This document shows, in pieces, positions 1 through 9,572 of a stretch of 64,000 nucleotides of DNA; position 1 is the first letter of the stretch, and each line of letters starts with the position of its first letter. A program made the translations under genes and the position numbers. The stretch is from a phage. The stretch is taken from assembly GCA_014685065.1 (NCBI GenBank), contig GCA_014685065.1_3930.1. One strand, given 5' to 3'. The notes below the pieces were generated by a model. It was not told where the DNA came from. It did no database searches and saw nothing but the letters and a program-made list of their open reading frames with translations.

Positions 1-40
1 AAAAAAAAGGTGATGTAAGCCTATCAAGACCCACATCACC
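1..40 (-). terminator. candidate rho-independent terminator downstream of nrdD
   Basis: Inverted repeat ggtgatgt (9-16) / acatcacc (33-40); plus-strand A8 at 1-8 gives a T-run after the hairpin on the minus strand. Loop is long (16 nt). Confidence 0.4.
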
Positions 41-50
41 TTGTCAAGTT

Positions 51-2195
51 TTACATAGAGACTCTATCACGAATCTCAGCGATTTTTGCATCGTTCATTC
101 GGGATTCACCTTTAATCTTAGTCCATCCAAGATACCCACACACCCTGTTAATCACAGAGATATCATGTGAATGGCAAACCTCACATTCTTCAACATCAGC
201 CTTTGGTCTGTTACCACAATGTTCACAGATTGCTAAGTCAAAGTTAAGTCCCTGATAAAAACCTTTCAACATCCCTCTTGTAATACAACTTTTAAGTGCT
301 GTTAAGTTTTCTGGGTTAGCTACCCTTACATACTGGATTCTGCCACCTCTACAGATATGGAAGAATGGCTCTTCTAAGTCCTGCTTCTCAAATGGTGAGA
401 TGTCTGCTGCAACATTCATATGGAAACTGTTTGTAAAGTATTCCTTGTCAGAGACACCTTTAATAACGCCAAACATATCTCTGAACTGTTTTAGCTGAGT
501 TCCACAAAGTGATTCTGCTGGAGTGCCATATACCGCATACAGGAAACCATCTTCGTTCTTAAACTCTTCAGTTTTCATGTTAATGTATGCCAGAACATCG
601 TATGCAAAACTATAGCTTCCAACTTCATGAAGTCGTTTACCTTCAGCAAGAACAGACAGCTCATCAAGAGCAGTAACCCCAAAAGAAGCTGTGAAGGATT
701 TCACAATATCCCAACCAACCCTGTCAGTAGGTTTCTTATTCCCTTTGTACAGACCACCCTGTGTGAATGCAAGAGGGTTAGAACTTGCTGGCATATTAGC
801 AATCATTTCGTAACGTTTCTTGTGGAAGCTGCGAATCATCTCTAGGTACTTATCAAGCTCTTTCCAGAAGTCTAAACCATTCTCTTTAGAATACTGGTAA
901 ATCATTGGTAAGTTCAAAGATACAGCACCAATGTTAGCACGACCAACGTAGAACTCTTCTCCTTCCTCATTAAGATATGGAGACAAGAAAGCTCTGCAAC
1001 CCATCGGTGAAATAACCTTACCAGAACGCTCAAAAGCCTCTGCTACAGCACCATGACCAGATACACTTAAGAAGTCTGGATACATTGCTTTAGAGCAACA
1101 CTCAATAGCTTTACTGTACAGGTGGCCTTGACAGATATTCTCATCGTGTCTCTTCTGGTCATAAATATAAACCAGTTTAGGGAATACAACAGGCTTCTTG
1201 CTCTTACCTTGTCCATTCATACGAACATCTAGGAGAGTACTTGCAATCATGTATTGCAGTCGGTTATCTTCATTGGACATATCTGAGTCAAGTAACCCGA
1301 ATGTCAAAGTTGTGAATGCAAAATCCCCACGACTACAAGGTACAGTGTTTAGTTTCATTTCAAGTGACTGGAAACCCTGAGTCAGTTCAATCTGTAGCTG
1401 CTCCATGACATAATTGTGGTAATGTTCTTTAGGAATACCATAAGATGCTGCTTTCTCAGCATGATAGTGTAGAGACTTCTTAGCATACGGTACAAGTACC
1501 TTATCAATCTCTGCTAAAGTAAAGCCACCAAATTGCTGTGCAGTTGCTGAAAGAACTACATCACCAATAACCTGTAAGGCTGACAGTACAGACTTCGGTT
1601 CACAATATTCGATGCCAGACATTTCAAAGCCACCTTTCAGGACTTTACCAATGTCAAACAGGCAACAGTTGATACCACCAAAAATTAGGTCTCTTAAATC
1701 ATGGATGTAGATAAACCCTTTTTCAATGGCTTCAAGTTCCTCTGGTGTTAAATGGTACTGTTTAAAGATTTCTTTAGTCAGATAACCACGAATAATTGAA
1801 CCTTTTGTAGAAATTAAACTGCTGTCAAAATTAGCGTTTTCTCGGTCACCTAAGAAGAGTGTATCTTTAGTCTTCTGGTAGAGTTCATCCCAATTTTGAG
1901 CAACCTCTTTACGGTAATTTCTATATGTTGAGTAAGACTCATAAATCTCGTGATTGACTTCTGCCAAAGCACCCTCAACAATACTGTGAATATCATTTAC
2001 CGAAATTAGCAAATTATTCTGCTTAGTGGACTTTACCAGAATCCTCATAAATGCTGACTCAAGAGCTTGAGTAACATCTGGTGGAAGCTCTTTATAACCA
2101 ACTCTGTTAGCTGACTTTGTGACTGCTGCTAAAACTTTTTTGATATCAGGTTCCTCAAGTGAGCCATTCTTTTTAATAATCTGTACTTTGTTCAT
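51..2195 (-). CDS. nrdD: anaerobic ribonucleoside-triphosphate reductase (class III RNR)
   Basis: 714 aa; N-terminal ATP-cone-like region, C-terminal glycyl-radical motif RVCGYLG preceded by a Cys cluster (CEHC...CEVC). Confidence 0.9.
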   Translation of the reverse strand: MNKVQIIKKNGSLEEPDIKKVLAAVTKSANRVGYKELPPDVTQALESAFMRILVKSTKQNNLLISVNDIHSIVEGALAEVNHEIYESYSTYRNYRKEVAQNWDELYQKTKDTLFLGDRENANFDSSLISTKGSIIRGYLTKEIFKQYHLTPEELEAIEKGFIYIHDLRDLIFGGINCCLFDIGKVLKGGFEMSGIEYCEPKSVLSALQVIGDVVLSATAQQFGGFTLAEIDKVLVPYAKKSLHYHAEKAASYGIPKEHYHNYVMEQLQIELTQGFQSLEMKLNTVPCSRGDFAFTTLTFGLLDSDMSNEDNRLQYMIASTLLDVRMNGQGKSKKPVVFPKLVYIYDQKRHDENICQGHLYSKAIECCSKAMYPDFLSVSGHGAVAEAFERSGKVISPMGCRAFLSPYLNEEGEEFYVGRANIGAVSLNLPMIYQYSKENGLDFWKELDKYLEMIRSFHKKRYEMIANMPASSNPLAFTQGGLYKGNKKPTDRVGWDIVKSFTASFGVTALDELSVLAEGKRLHEVGSYSFAYDVLAYINMKTEEFKNEDGFLYAVYGTPAESLCGTQLKQFRDMFGVIKGVSDKEYFTNSFHMNVAADISPFEKQDLEEPFFHICRGGRIQYVRVANPENLTALKSCITRGMLKGFYQGLNFDLAICEHCGNRPKADVEECEVCHSHDISVINRVCGYLGWTKIKGESRMNDAKIAEIRDRVSM

Positions 2196-2219
2196 TATTG
2201 CCCCTTTACATGCTAAAAA

Positions 2220-2235
2220 GGTCTCCGAAGAGACC
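2220..2235 (-). terminator. hairpin with tetraloop between small ORF and nrdD (terminator/attenuator candidate)
   Basis: GGTCTC-cgaa-GAGACC; on the minus strand it is followed by TTTTTA. Confidence 0.4.
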
Positions 2236-2243
2236 CTTTCATT

Positions 2244-2450
2244 TTAAATCTTTTTAGAAAACTTCGCAAAGAGTTCTCTTAGTTTTTCAGTGATACCTAA
2301 CTGTATCTCTAATATTTCGAAGATAACCCATAGTAACATGGCTCCAAACAATGAACCTTGTTCAAAGTCAGTAAATAGGTTAACGATAAGCATACCAATC
2401 ACAATAGCTGGTGCATCAACAACCAAACCTTCCCAAATGCGTTTAAGCAT
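2244..2450 (-). CDS. small hydrophobic protein, unknown function
   Basis: 68 aa ORF with a hydrophobic core (AIVIGMLIVNLF...LLWVIF); ATG start, compact spacing with neighbours. Confidence 0.4.
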   Translation of the reverse strand: MLKRIWEGLVVDAPAIVIGMLIVNLFTDFEQGSLFGAMLLWVIFEILEIQLGITEKLRELFAKFSKKI

Positions 2451-2685
2451 TATTCACCTCTGCCATAAAATTCTGTAGCGTACCAACAGGTTTTAGGTTT
2501 TGCCCATCAGTTTTCATGATGAATGGCATCTGACGAACTGGCATCTGTGCAATATCAATCAGGTCTGATAGTTCATAGTCCTGCCCTAACATTCTCACAA
2601 CATGGTCAATACCACGAGCTTTTGCAAAATTCTTTGCAGTCTCGCACTGAGGGCATCCAGTTTTGGAGTAAATTACATAAGTCAT
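2443..2685 (-). CDS. glutaredoxin/thioredoxin-like redoxin (NrdH/NrdC-like)
   Basis: 80 aa with CPQC active-site motif near the N-terminus; located between nrdD and nrdB. Confidence 0.7.
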   Translation of the reverse strand: MTYVIYSKTGCPQCETAKNFAKARGIDHVVRMLGQDYELSDLIDIAQMPVRQMPFIMKTDGQNLKPVGTLQNFMAEVNNA

Positions 2686-3758
2686 TAAGGAACCTCTAAA
2701 AATCCACTATTCAAATCATCTACAACAGTATTCAATAGGTACGCGCCATTCTGTTGTTCCTGATTAGCATTCTGCTCTTTATCAATTTCCATCTTCTTAA
2801 TCATGTACTTCAAAGGTGGTTCTTTAGGAGCTACAAAATCTCTGGGAATGCCAAACATATCATACAGTGGGGCAGCATTATAGTAAACCCACTCATGAAG
2901 AAGCTTTGTATTTAAGCCAACTACAGCACGTCCTTCGGAGAAGATATAATACGACCATTTCTCTTCACTTTCAACTACTTCATCTAAGATTACTTTAATC
3001 TCTGGAAGAATTTGTTGAAAAGCTTTCTGCCACTCATCATCTCTTAAAGTTTCTTTTAAAACTTCAATATCAATTTTAGTGTGAAGGATTTCATCAAGCA
3101 TAATCTTCTGCACAGCTTGAGCAATACCCTGAAATTTATCTTGAGCATCAAGTGCAAAAGTGCATGCAAAGGATGCCATAAAAGATATACCTTCAAGTGC
3201 AGTCACTGCAAACAGCCCTTTCAGAATCACTTTATGGAAGTGTAAAGGGTCTTTGTCCAGAAGTGAATCACGCACATAACTCAGACGATAGTTTATACCT
3301 TCATCCAGTAATTCTTCAAGAACACGATTCACAGTTTTTAATCGGTCTTGCACAGCAACATTCTGGTTAATCTCATCTAAGATTGTTTCAGGGTTTTTAA
3401 TACATTGCCTTACAATCTCTGAGTAAGTAAGGGCATGTAGGTTTTCAATCTCAGACTGCTTCATAATTGCAGTTGCATAGATGTCATCAGAGATAAATGG
3501 TGCAAAGGCAAATGCCAAGCTCTTAGCAACTTGAGTATCTGCTTCCCACTGCCACTTAAGAATCTCAAGCATTACACCTGACATTGATGCTGGGACACTC
3601 TCAAAATCAAGACGTGATTGTTCAAAAGGGAACTCATCTTCTGACCAGTCTTGTGCTTTTTGTTGTTTATAAAGTTCAAAGATTTTTGGGTAGTGTTTAT
3701 TAAGTGAGTCAAAAGTTTTTCTCTCACCACCTAAAAAGATTGGGTGCTGGTTAATCAT
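2685..3758 (-). CDS. nrdB: ribonucleotide reductase class Ia beta subunit
   Basis: Start trimmed to ATG at 3756-3758 (MINQHPIFLGG...), which overlaps the upstream stop as ATGA. Assigned as R2 subunit from overall sequence character and its position beside nrdA. Confidence 0.85.
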   Translation of the reverse strand: MINQHPIFLGGERKTFDSLNKHYPKIFELYKQQKAQDWSEDEFPFEQSRLDFESVPASMSGVMLEILKWQWEADTQVAKSLAFAFAPFISDDIYATAIMKQSEIENLHALTYSEIVRQCIKNPETILDEINQNVAVQDRLKTVNRVLEELLDEGINYRLSYVRDSLLDKDPLHFHKVILKGLFAVTALEGISFMASFACTFALDAQDKFQGIAQAVQKIMLDEILHTKIDIEVLKETLRDDEWQKAFQQILPEIKVILDEVVESEEKWSYYIFSEGRAVVGLNTKLLHEWVYYNAAPLYDMFGIPRDFVAPKEPPLKYMIKKMEIDKEQNANQEQQNGAYLLNTVVDDLNSGFLEVP

Positions 3759-4012
3759 AGTGTGATTTCTCCTTTCTTTATCATTTCTAAGGCTTGTTTT
3801 CTGTCTAAAACTTCCCAATTTTCTTTGTTAAACATCTCATAAGGTCTTGCGTAGATTTTACCATCTGCTGTAGAGATGTAAGAGATACCAGCAACCCATG
3901 AGTCATCATTTTGTTTTATCATCATGTCTGTGCTACTCACATAGTACATCGTTTTCCGAGGCTTGTGGAGCAAGTATATAGGTCGCTCATGTTTTTCTAT
4001 TAAATCTTTCAT
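3755..4012 (-). CDS. hypothetical protein between nrdA and nrdB
   Basis: ORF trimmed to internal ATG (MKDLIEKHERP...) preceded by GGAGAG; the longer upstream extension overlaps the nrdA 3' end. Confidence 0.4.
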   Translation of the reverse strand: MKDLIEKHERPIYLLHKPRKTMYYVSSTDMMIKQNDDSWVAGISYISTADGKIYARPYEMFNKENWEVLDRKQALEMIKKGEITL

Positions 4013-4067
4013 GGTCTCTCCAAAGTTATTTTTAGAGGGTCTTTTACGACCCTCATAGTTGTTAAAA

Positions 4068-6302
4068 CTAAACACCACAACCCTCGCAATAAGCATCTTG
4101 CAGTGCAGATTTACCTACACCAATGCGACTGTTAAGGTAGTACATGGTTTTCATACCTACCGAGTTGGCATAAATCATGTACTTCAAAGCTTGAGCCAAT
4201 GATACCTTCTTAGCTTTTGCGTAGTCAACATAGAAATCTGAAGAGATAGCTTGACCAGTGAACTTTTGAACAATTGCATAACAATCAATCAGGTCAAAGG
4301 TGTCAATACCCCAAGCAATTTCATATACATACTTCAACTCTTCATAATCTGGAACAATAAACAGTACGTTACCAGTTGCAGACTTTTTAGTTAAAATAAA
4401 GTCACGAATTGGATACAAGCCATTTGTCGTATTGGTTGCCAGTGAAGAACTCTCATTAGGCATGTAAGCTTCTAATACAGAGTTTCGGATTCCACCATTT
4501 TCTTTGATACGTTGTGCTAAGTCATCCCAATCATATCGTAGTTTTGCATCATGCTTTTCATCAATCTTCTTGTTAGCTGTCTTTGGAGGAACCCAGCCTT
4601 CGGGATACTTAGTGAACTTCATGTATTCTGGAACGCCACGCTCTTTAGCAAGTCTCAGCGAGGCTTCATGCAGATAGTAAGAGTGCATCTCTGCAAGTTC
4701 ATGAAGTTTCGTTTTACCTGCTCGTGAAGAGTAGTTCACGTAGTTCTTCGCAAGGTAATGAGCCACATTTGTAAGGCCAATCCCAACAGAACGACGCTTC
4801 TGAACATGGTTACGCATCGACGGATACGGATAATCCATAAGGTCAATAACGGAGTCAACCATTGCAAGAGCATAATAAGCAACGTCAGCGTATTCATCTT
4901 CTGAAATTCTCCCTGCAACCAAACTAGCTAGGAAGCAAAGAGCTACCTCACCATCCTCTTTCACAGCATCATCTCTGTAAAGGTCTGTCTCTTTCTCAAA
5001 GCCGTACACTGGCAACACAATTTCCATACAAAGATTTGACATCTTCAAAGGCTCTTTAAATGGTGTATGTGTGTTTGCATTATTCGTGAAGAATGGGTAC
5101 ACACGGCCTGTTGCATAACGCTGCTGGATAAACAGTTTAGCAATTTCACGAGCCTTTACTCGTCTGTGCTTAACACCTGAATGCACTGCGTGACCAACTG
5201 CCATAGCAAACTCATCAGCAGATGCTGTGTAGAACATGTCATAGAGTTTTGGTGCATCTTTGTAAGAGAATAGCAACCAATCTGTATCATACTGAACACA
5301 CTGCCAGAAATAATCGTTTGTGCCGAATGAGTAGTCCATCTCATTAATACGTTTAGAAGGAACCGTTGTAGGGTGCTTCAAACGCAGTAAATCTTCAATC
5401 TGCGGGTCTAGAGCAGTGTAGAAGTTATTAGCTGAACCACCACGACTCTTCTGTTTGTTTGCCTCTACAGATGAGCGTACAAGCTTGTAATAAGGTAGTT
5501 TACCCATGTGCTCAATAGTATTTTGACGGATACCATCACCAATAGTACGAGTCTCCATCAGCATCCCAATGCCAGCTTGCTTTGTAGTCATATCATAAGC
5601 AACCTTTGCAGCAATACCGAGAGATTCGGCAGTGTCATTTGCCTTAATCAAACAGCATGACGCATAACCTGATTTAGTTGCTCTTAAACCGTTTAAATAT
5701 GGCGTAGGCGCGTTAATCTTCAGGTCAGATAGGTAAGTGTACAGCTTGATAACATCTTGCAGTCTACGGTGCTTTGGTTGCTTCTCAAAGGCTTTCATAG
5801 CCATACCCATGAACATAAATTGTGGTGACTCAAAAAGTCTTCCCGTTTTAATATCACGGATACCATACTTGTCTCTGAACTGTTTCAAGACTGCATAACC
5901 GTAAGAGATATCTTTTGAGTGCACAATGTAACCTTGCAGGTATTCAAGCTCTTCCTGTGAGTAGTCCATCTTCTCCCAAAGTCCTGCTCTCTCCATATTT
6001 TTAACGAAGGTAACCAGCGTAGGAACCTTAGTAAAGCCTCCAAAGGCTTCTTTGTAGATAATACCCAAAAGTAGCCGTCCAGCCATATCTGAGTACTCTT
6101 GAGTTTGTTTATCAACACAAACATCAATCATGGCTTGGTGCATCTCTTTTGTAGTGCAACCCTCATAGACACGTTTCATAGCTTCCATAGTGACTTCTGA
6201 CCAGATAATTCCACGTTTATCTGCCCATGATGCCCACTTATTCAGTCTTTCTGGGTCAAAGCTTACTACTGTACCGTTTGATTTTTTAATTGTCTTAATC
6301 AT
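4068..6302 (-). CDS. nrdA: ribonucleotide reductase class Ia alpha subunit
   Basis: 744 aa; N-terminal ATP-cone-like region; C-terminal tail cysteines (CEGCGV). Confidence 0.9.
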   Translation of the reverse strand: MIKTIKKSNGTVVSFDPERLNKWASWADKRGIIWSEVTMEAMKRVYEGCTTKEMHQAMIDVCVDKQTQEYSDMAGRLLLGIIYKEAFGGFTKVPTLVTFVKNMERAGLWEKMDYSQEELEYLQGYIVHSKDISYGYAVLKQFRDKYGIRDIKTGRLFESPQFMFMGMAMKAFEKQPKHRRLQDVIKLYTYLSDLKINAPTPYLNGLRATKSGYASCCLIKANDTAESLGIAAKVAYDMTTKQAGIGMLMETRTIGDGIRQNTIEHMGKLPYYKLVRSSVEANKQKSRGGSANNFYTALDPQIEDLLRLKHPTTVPSKRINEMDYSFGTNDYFWQCVQYDTDWLLFSYKDAPKLYDMFYTASADEFAMAVGHAVHSGVKHRRVKAREIAKLFIQQRYATGRVYPFFTNNANTHTPFKEPLKMSNLCMEIVLPVYGFEKETDLYRDDAVKEDGEVALCFLASLVAGRISEDEYADVAYYALAMVDSVIDLMDYPYPSMRNHVQKRRSVGIGLTNVAHYLAKNYVNYSSRAGKTKLHELAEMHSYYLHEASLRLAKERGVPEYMKFTKYPEGWVPPKTANKKIDEKHDAKLRYDWDDLAQRIKENGGIRNSVLEAYMPNESSSLATNTTNGLYPIRDFILTKKSATGNVLFIVPDYEELKYVYEIAWGIDTFDLIDCYAIVQKFTGQAISSDFYVDYAKAKKVSLAQALKYMIYANSVGMKTMYYLNSRIGVGKSALQDAYCEGCGV

Positions 6303-6310
6303 TTTTGAAT

Positions 6311-6341
6311 CCTACAGATGAAAAGAGCCTCCGAAGAGGCT
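6311..6341 (-). terminator. candidate rho-independent terminator upstream of nrdA
   Basis: GAGCCTC-cgaa-GAGGCTC hairpin followed on the minus strand by TTTTCATC. Confidence 0.4.
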
Positions 6342-6348
6342 CCCTAGT

Positions 6349-6687
6349 TTAAATCTTGAAAATTTGCTCATTCTGCCACATATCGTAAAACTTATCACTT
6401 ACTTTTGTGACTGAAGAAGTGTGCATACAGTTCAGGGAGAACCATGATGATGTATTATCATCCATAAGTGTTTCAAGTTTTTGTGTAACGTTCACATCCA
6501 TGTCTGCAACAACGTAATTGCCTCGCATCTTGCAAACAATTCTTCCAAACAAGATTGCACTTCTACCTCTTCGGTCATCACAGTACATAACTGTGTCCCC
6601 GTGCTTAACATCTTGTCCGAGGCTGTCAACGCCTAACTTAGCACCTGAGACAATATCATCATAAGATAGCTTTTTTGCTTTAGACAC
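6349..6687 (-). CDS. hypothetical protein
   Basis: 112 aa ORF in the minus-strand gene train; no recognisable motif. Confidence 0.45.
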   Translation of the reverse strand: MSKAKKLSYDDIVSGAKLGVDSLGQDVKHGDTVMYCDDRRGRSAILFGRIVCKMRGNYVVADMDVNVTQKLETLMDDNTSSWFSLNCMHTSSVTKVSDKFYDMWQNEQIFKI

Positions 6688-7012
6688 GGTATTTCTCCAA
6701 GTTTCTTTTTAGATATAACCAACCATAGTCAGTCCTTTCTACACCCATAAAGAGTGGAGCCATCACAACTTTACCGAAAGTATTCCTGTGTTGGCAGATT
6801 TCAAAGGAATATTCTTTCTCAATATCAATCCCATATTTGTACAGGACTGCTTTTAAAACTTGTTCATTGTCCAGAAGTGTATCTGGAGTCTCACCATATT
6901 TTTCTAGTAACGGGTCATTCATGAACACCGTCATAGAAATATTGTAGTTTGAGAAGTGGCTCTTCTGAGCCACACCCTCTTTATTAATGTTCTGTGAATC
7001 CATTATAACCAA
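6680..7012 (-). CDS. hypothetical protein
   Basis: 110 aa ORF overlapping neighbours by a few nt (operon-like packing). Confidence 0.45.
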   Translation of the reverse strand: MVIMDSQNINKEGVAQKSHFSNYNISMTVFMNDPLLEKYGETPDTLLDNEQVLKAVLYKYGIDIEKEYSFEICQHRNTFGKVVMAPLFMGVERTDYGWLYLKRNLEKYRV

Positions 7013-7739
7013 CCCCTTTTAACCAGCACTTCAGGTTATTAGCATCATAATTCAGTTTCGGGTATGAGGTTACATGGAACTGCTCACCATCATAATAGAC
7101 AATATCTGCAATCCATAGTCCATTCTCTTTACAGAAGTCTTTATCTGCTTTAGAGGTAATTGGATTAACTTCTACAAAACCATCTACACCCAAATCCTTT
7201 AAACTATCTACAATACCTTTGCAGATAACGCATGTCTCAGATACTACCACAAAAAGTTCTTGGCTTTCAAGTTCTACAATGTATTCACCAAGCTGTACTT
7301 TAGGGAGATTCGATTGCTTCATAATCTTCCCATCTGCTGCACGAACAATGGCATACCACTCTTTACCATCAACTACTGACATTCTGATAATACACTCTTG
7401 ACCAGTACGCTTCTCAATATCTGCAAGACGTTTTAAAGCTTCTTCATAGTCATCTGTGTACTTCAGGTCATTATTACGGCAAACAGCTTTCATAGCACCG
7501 TTATGGTCATGTTGTGACAGGTAAATCAAACCGTCAAGAACATATTGCAAATCTGCCTGAGCATCCAGTGTCTCAATGGGGTCTTTCTCTTCAATTGCTT
7601 TTACAAGCTCTTTTGCTTCTTCCAGCATACACAGAGACTGGGATTTTAAAGATTCCCAATACTCATCACTGTAAGGTTGCTTTTGAGTGTTTCCACAACG
7701 AAGATTCCAGTTTTTTACTGCTTCTCTTGAGTTAAACAT
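6984..7739 (-). CDS. hypothetical protein with possible MazG-like NTP pyrophosphohydrolase N-terminal region
   Basis: 251 aa; N-terminal acidic helix pattern LEEAKELVKAIEEKD...DLQYVLDGL is reminiscent of MazG-type pyrophosphatases. Weak, by eye only. Confidence 0.35.
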   Translation of the reverse strand: MFNSREAVKNWNLRCGNTQKQPYSDEYWESLKSQSLCMLEEAKELVKAIEEKDPIETLDAQADLQYVLDGLIYLSQHDHNGAMKAVCRNNDLKYTDDYEEALKRLADIEKRTGQECIIRMSVVDGKEWYAIVRAADGKIMKQSNLPKVQLGEYIVELESQELFVVVSETCVICKGIVDSLKDLGVDGFVEVNPITSKADKDFCKENGLWIADIVYYDGEQFHVTSYPKLNYDANNLKCWLKGVGYNGFTEH

Positions 7740-7977
7740 TTGGACTCCTTAAAAATCTGTTAACCTTTAGCTCTCGTGTTTCAATATATTCCAGATGCTC
7801 ACGTAGCTCTTGGCGTTTAAGCATTAGATGCTGCATTTGTGATTCAACAGCTTCAACTTCTTTAATTATTGACTCTCTAGCATTTGCAAGAATGCGCTCA
7901 AGTTCTTCAATCTTACTGTCAACTTTTGCTACATGACTCACAGCTTTACTTTTGTTAAACATTTTATTCTCTCTCAA
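7732..7977 (-). CDS. hypothetical coiled-coil protein
   Basis: 81 aa, charged heptad-like sequence. Confidence 0.4.
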   Translation of the reverse strand: MRENKMFNKSKAVSHVAKVDSKIEELERILANARESIIKEVEAVESQMQHLMLKRQELREHLEYIETRELKVNRFLRSPNV

Positions 7978-7983
7978 TAGTTA

Positions 7984-8481
7984 TCAAGCACAATTTGCTT
8001 TCATTACCTTATGGATTCTTTTTTCAGCATCTTCATAAGTTTCTTTAGTAATAAACTTAATTGCTGCAATATTGGCATTGTAGAAGAGTCTGAGCTTCGA
8101 GTCAATCCTTTTTGTCATTACATCGAATTTATGTTGAAGGTTTGCTTCACCATAGACTAGGCCACCTTTTGTGTAGTAGGTTTGGATAATGTAAAAGTCA
8201 AAAAATTCTTTTCCAAAGCTCTCAATATCTTTTTTAATATACTCAGAAGAGGTTTCGTAAGTCATCCAATCACTTTCCTTAGTGACTACCTTCTTCCGAG
8301 TCTTCCCAGCAACTTTTCTTTTGGTCACACTGTTAAGCTGTTTCTTTCCAATATAATATTGTCCAGTCTTCTTACAGTGTACTAAATAGACAAAGCCAAA
8401 ATGTTTAGTGGGGTCAACTTCCCCACATAAAGATACCCAATGACCATAGGTAGGGCAATTGCCAAATCCTTTAATCTTCAT
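7984..8481 (-). CDS. putative GIY-YIG-like nuclease domain protein
   Basis: 165 aa; FVYLVHCKKTGQYYIGKK resembles the GIY-(10-11)-YIG motif; basic C-terminal half. Confidence 0.35.
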   Translation of the reverse strand: MKIKGFGNCPTYGHWVSLCGEVDPTKHFGFVYLVHCKKTGQYYIGKKQLNSVTKRKVAGKTRKKVVTKESDWMTYETSSEYIKKDIESFGKEFFDFYIIQTYYTKGGLVYGEANLQHKFDVMTKRIDSKLRLFYNANIAAIKFITKETYEDAEKRIHKVMKANCA

Positions 8482-9511
8482 TCATACACGGCTCCCAATT
8501 ATATTTCTTAAAAGAGAAATTATCTTTTGGATTTCTCTCTTGATACGCTATCCAGAAATGCTGTTCCATTAACTCTAATGGTGTTTTGGTAACAGTCTGT
8601 CCATCCCATGACACATAGGTATAAGAGTCTTTTTTAGCATAAAGTTCATAGATAGCATCAAGACACTCTTTGTAGGTCTCTTTACCATCTAAAGCATTCA
8701 TCACAGCTACTTTACCAGCCCCTTTTAGGCCGAAGTAGTTGTCTGCATTGTCTCCAGCAACAGCCTGATAACACAAGAATTTAAAACCTACACCAACTGT
8801 TTTTGCAGCTTTTGGTTTTGATTTGATAGGACAATCCCAGATATCACCAACATTATTATCAGCAATAAAAATTAGTGGTGATTTTTCATAAGTCATATCA
8901 ATACAATAAGTTCCTTCAGCTTGTCGAAGGTCTTTGTCAATACTCATAAGAGCAGCTTTCTTACCCATCTTTTCAGCTTTAGCAATTACGATTGAATCGG
9001 CTTCGAATCCTCCCTTTAAGAGTTTGAACTCTGGTCTTGACAGAAGATACTCACGACAAGCAACTAAGTGTGTTGGTGTGACAGCATCTTTACGGTTCCC
9101 TTGATATTGGTGCTCAAGACCTTTAATGTCTTTATGTTTATGCACACCTTTCTCTGTTAAATAGCCTACCCAAGTTCTTTCTTTACCAACAATCTTAAGC
9201 CATTCCTGAAGCACCTGTTGAGTAGCCATGATAGCTTCTTTTTCACTCTTAGCTTCTTTCCAAGTCTGTCTTTCCCATTCATCTTCATCAAATGTCAGGC
9301 CAAGTTCTTCCACAAGGATTCTCTGGTCTGCTAACCATCTTGCAGCATCTTTCGCATTATCAAATGGCTCAGATTCTTCTGCTGTGAGTTTATTGACGTA
9401 TTTATATTTTGATTTCTCAACTACACAAGCACCTTTATAGGCAATACTGTCAGAGTCAATAAAAACATGTGTAACTGAATCGGGAAGTTTTGTTAATGTG
9501 TACTTCTCCAT
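8471..9511 (-). CDS. 5'-3' exonuclease / flap endonuclease (T7 gp6-like)
   Basis: 346 aa; acidic motifs FIDSDSIAY, SIDKDLRQ and GDNADNYFG match the PIN-like 5'-3' exonuclease family. Confidence 0.8.
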   Translation of the reverse strand: MEKYTLTKLPDSVTHVFIDSDSIAYKGACVVEKSKYKYVNKLTAEESEPFDNAKDAARWLADQRILVEELGLTFDEDEWERQTWKEAKSEKEAIMATQQVLQEWLKIVGKERTWVGYLTEKGVHKHKDIKGLEHQYQGNRKDAVTPTHLVACREYLLSRPEFKLLKGGFEADSIVIAKAEKMGKKAALMSIDKDLRQAEGTYCIDMTYEKSPLIFIADNNVGDIWDCPIKSKPKAAKTVGVGFKFLCYQAVAGDNADNYFGLKGAGKVAVMNALDGKETYKECLDAIYELYAKKDSYTYVSWDGQTVTKTPLELMEQHFWIAYQERNPKDNFSFKKYNWEPCMNED

Positions 9512-9527
9512 TATGGCTCTCCATATG

Positions 9528-9556
9528 AAAAAGCCCCATACGGAGTACAGGGCTTT
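9528..9556 (-). terminator. weak terminator candidate between SSB and exonuclease genes
   Basis: GCCC...GGGGC hairpin followed on the minus strand by TTTTT. Confidence 0.3.
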
Positions 9557-9572
9557 AAAGTAACTTTAGAGA

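Noticed and set aside
51-2195. nrdG (activating enzyme) expected next to nrdD
   Set aside because: Not present in this window; it may lie just beyond the window start. The small ORF at 2244-2450 lacks the radical-SAM CxxxCxxC motif.
3755-4096. 113-aa ORF starting at 4096
   Set aside because: The upstream part overlaps the nrdA 3' end; a shorter ORF from ATG 4012 with a GGAGAG RBS is more plausible.
2685-6302. Possible group I intron or intein in nrdA/nrdB/thyA (common in T4-like phages)
   Set aside because: Each gene is a single uninterrupted ORF of normal length; no internal stop or insertion was seen.
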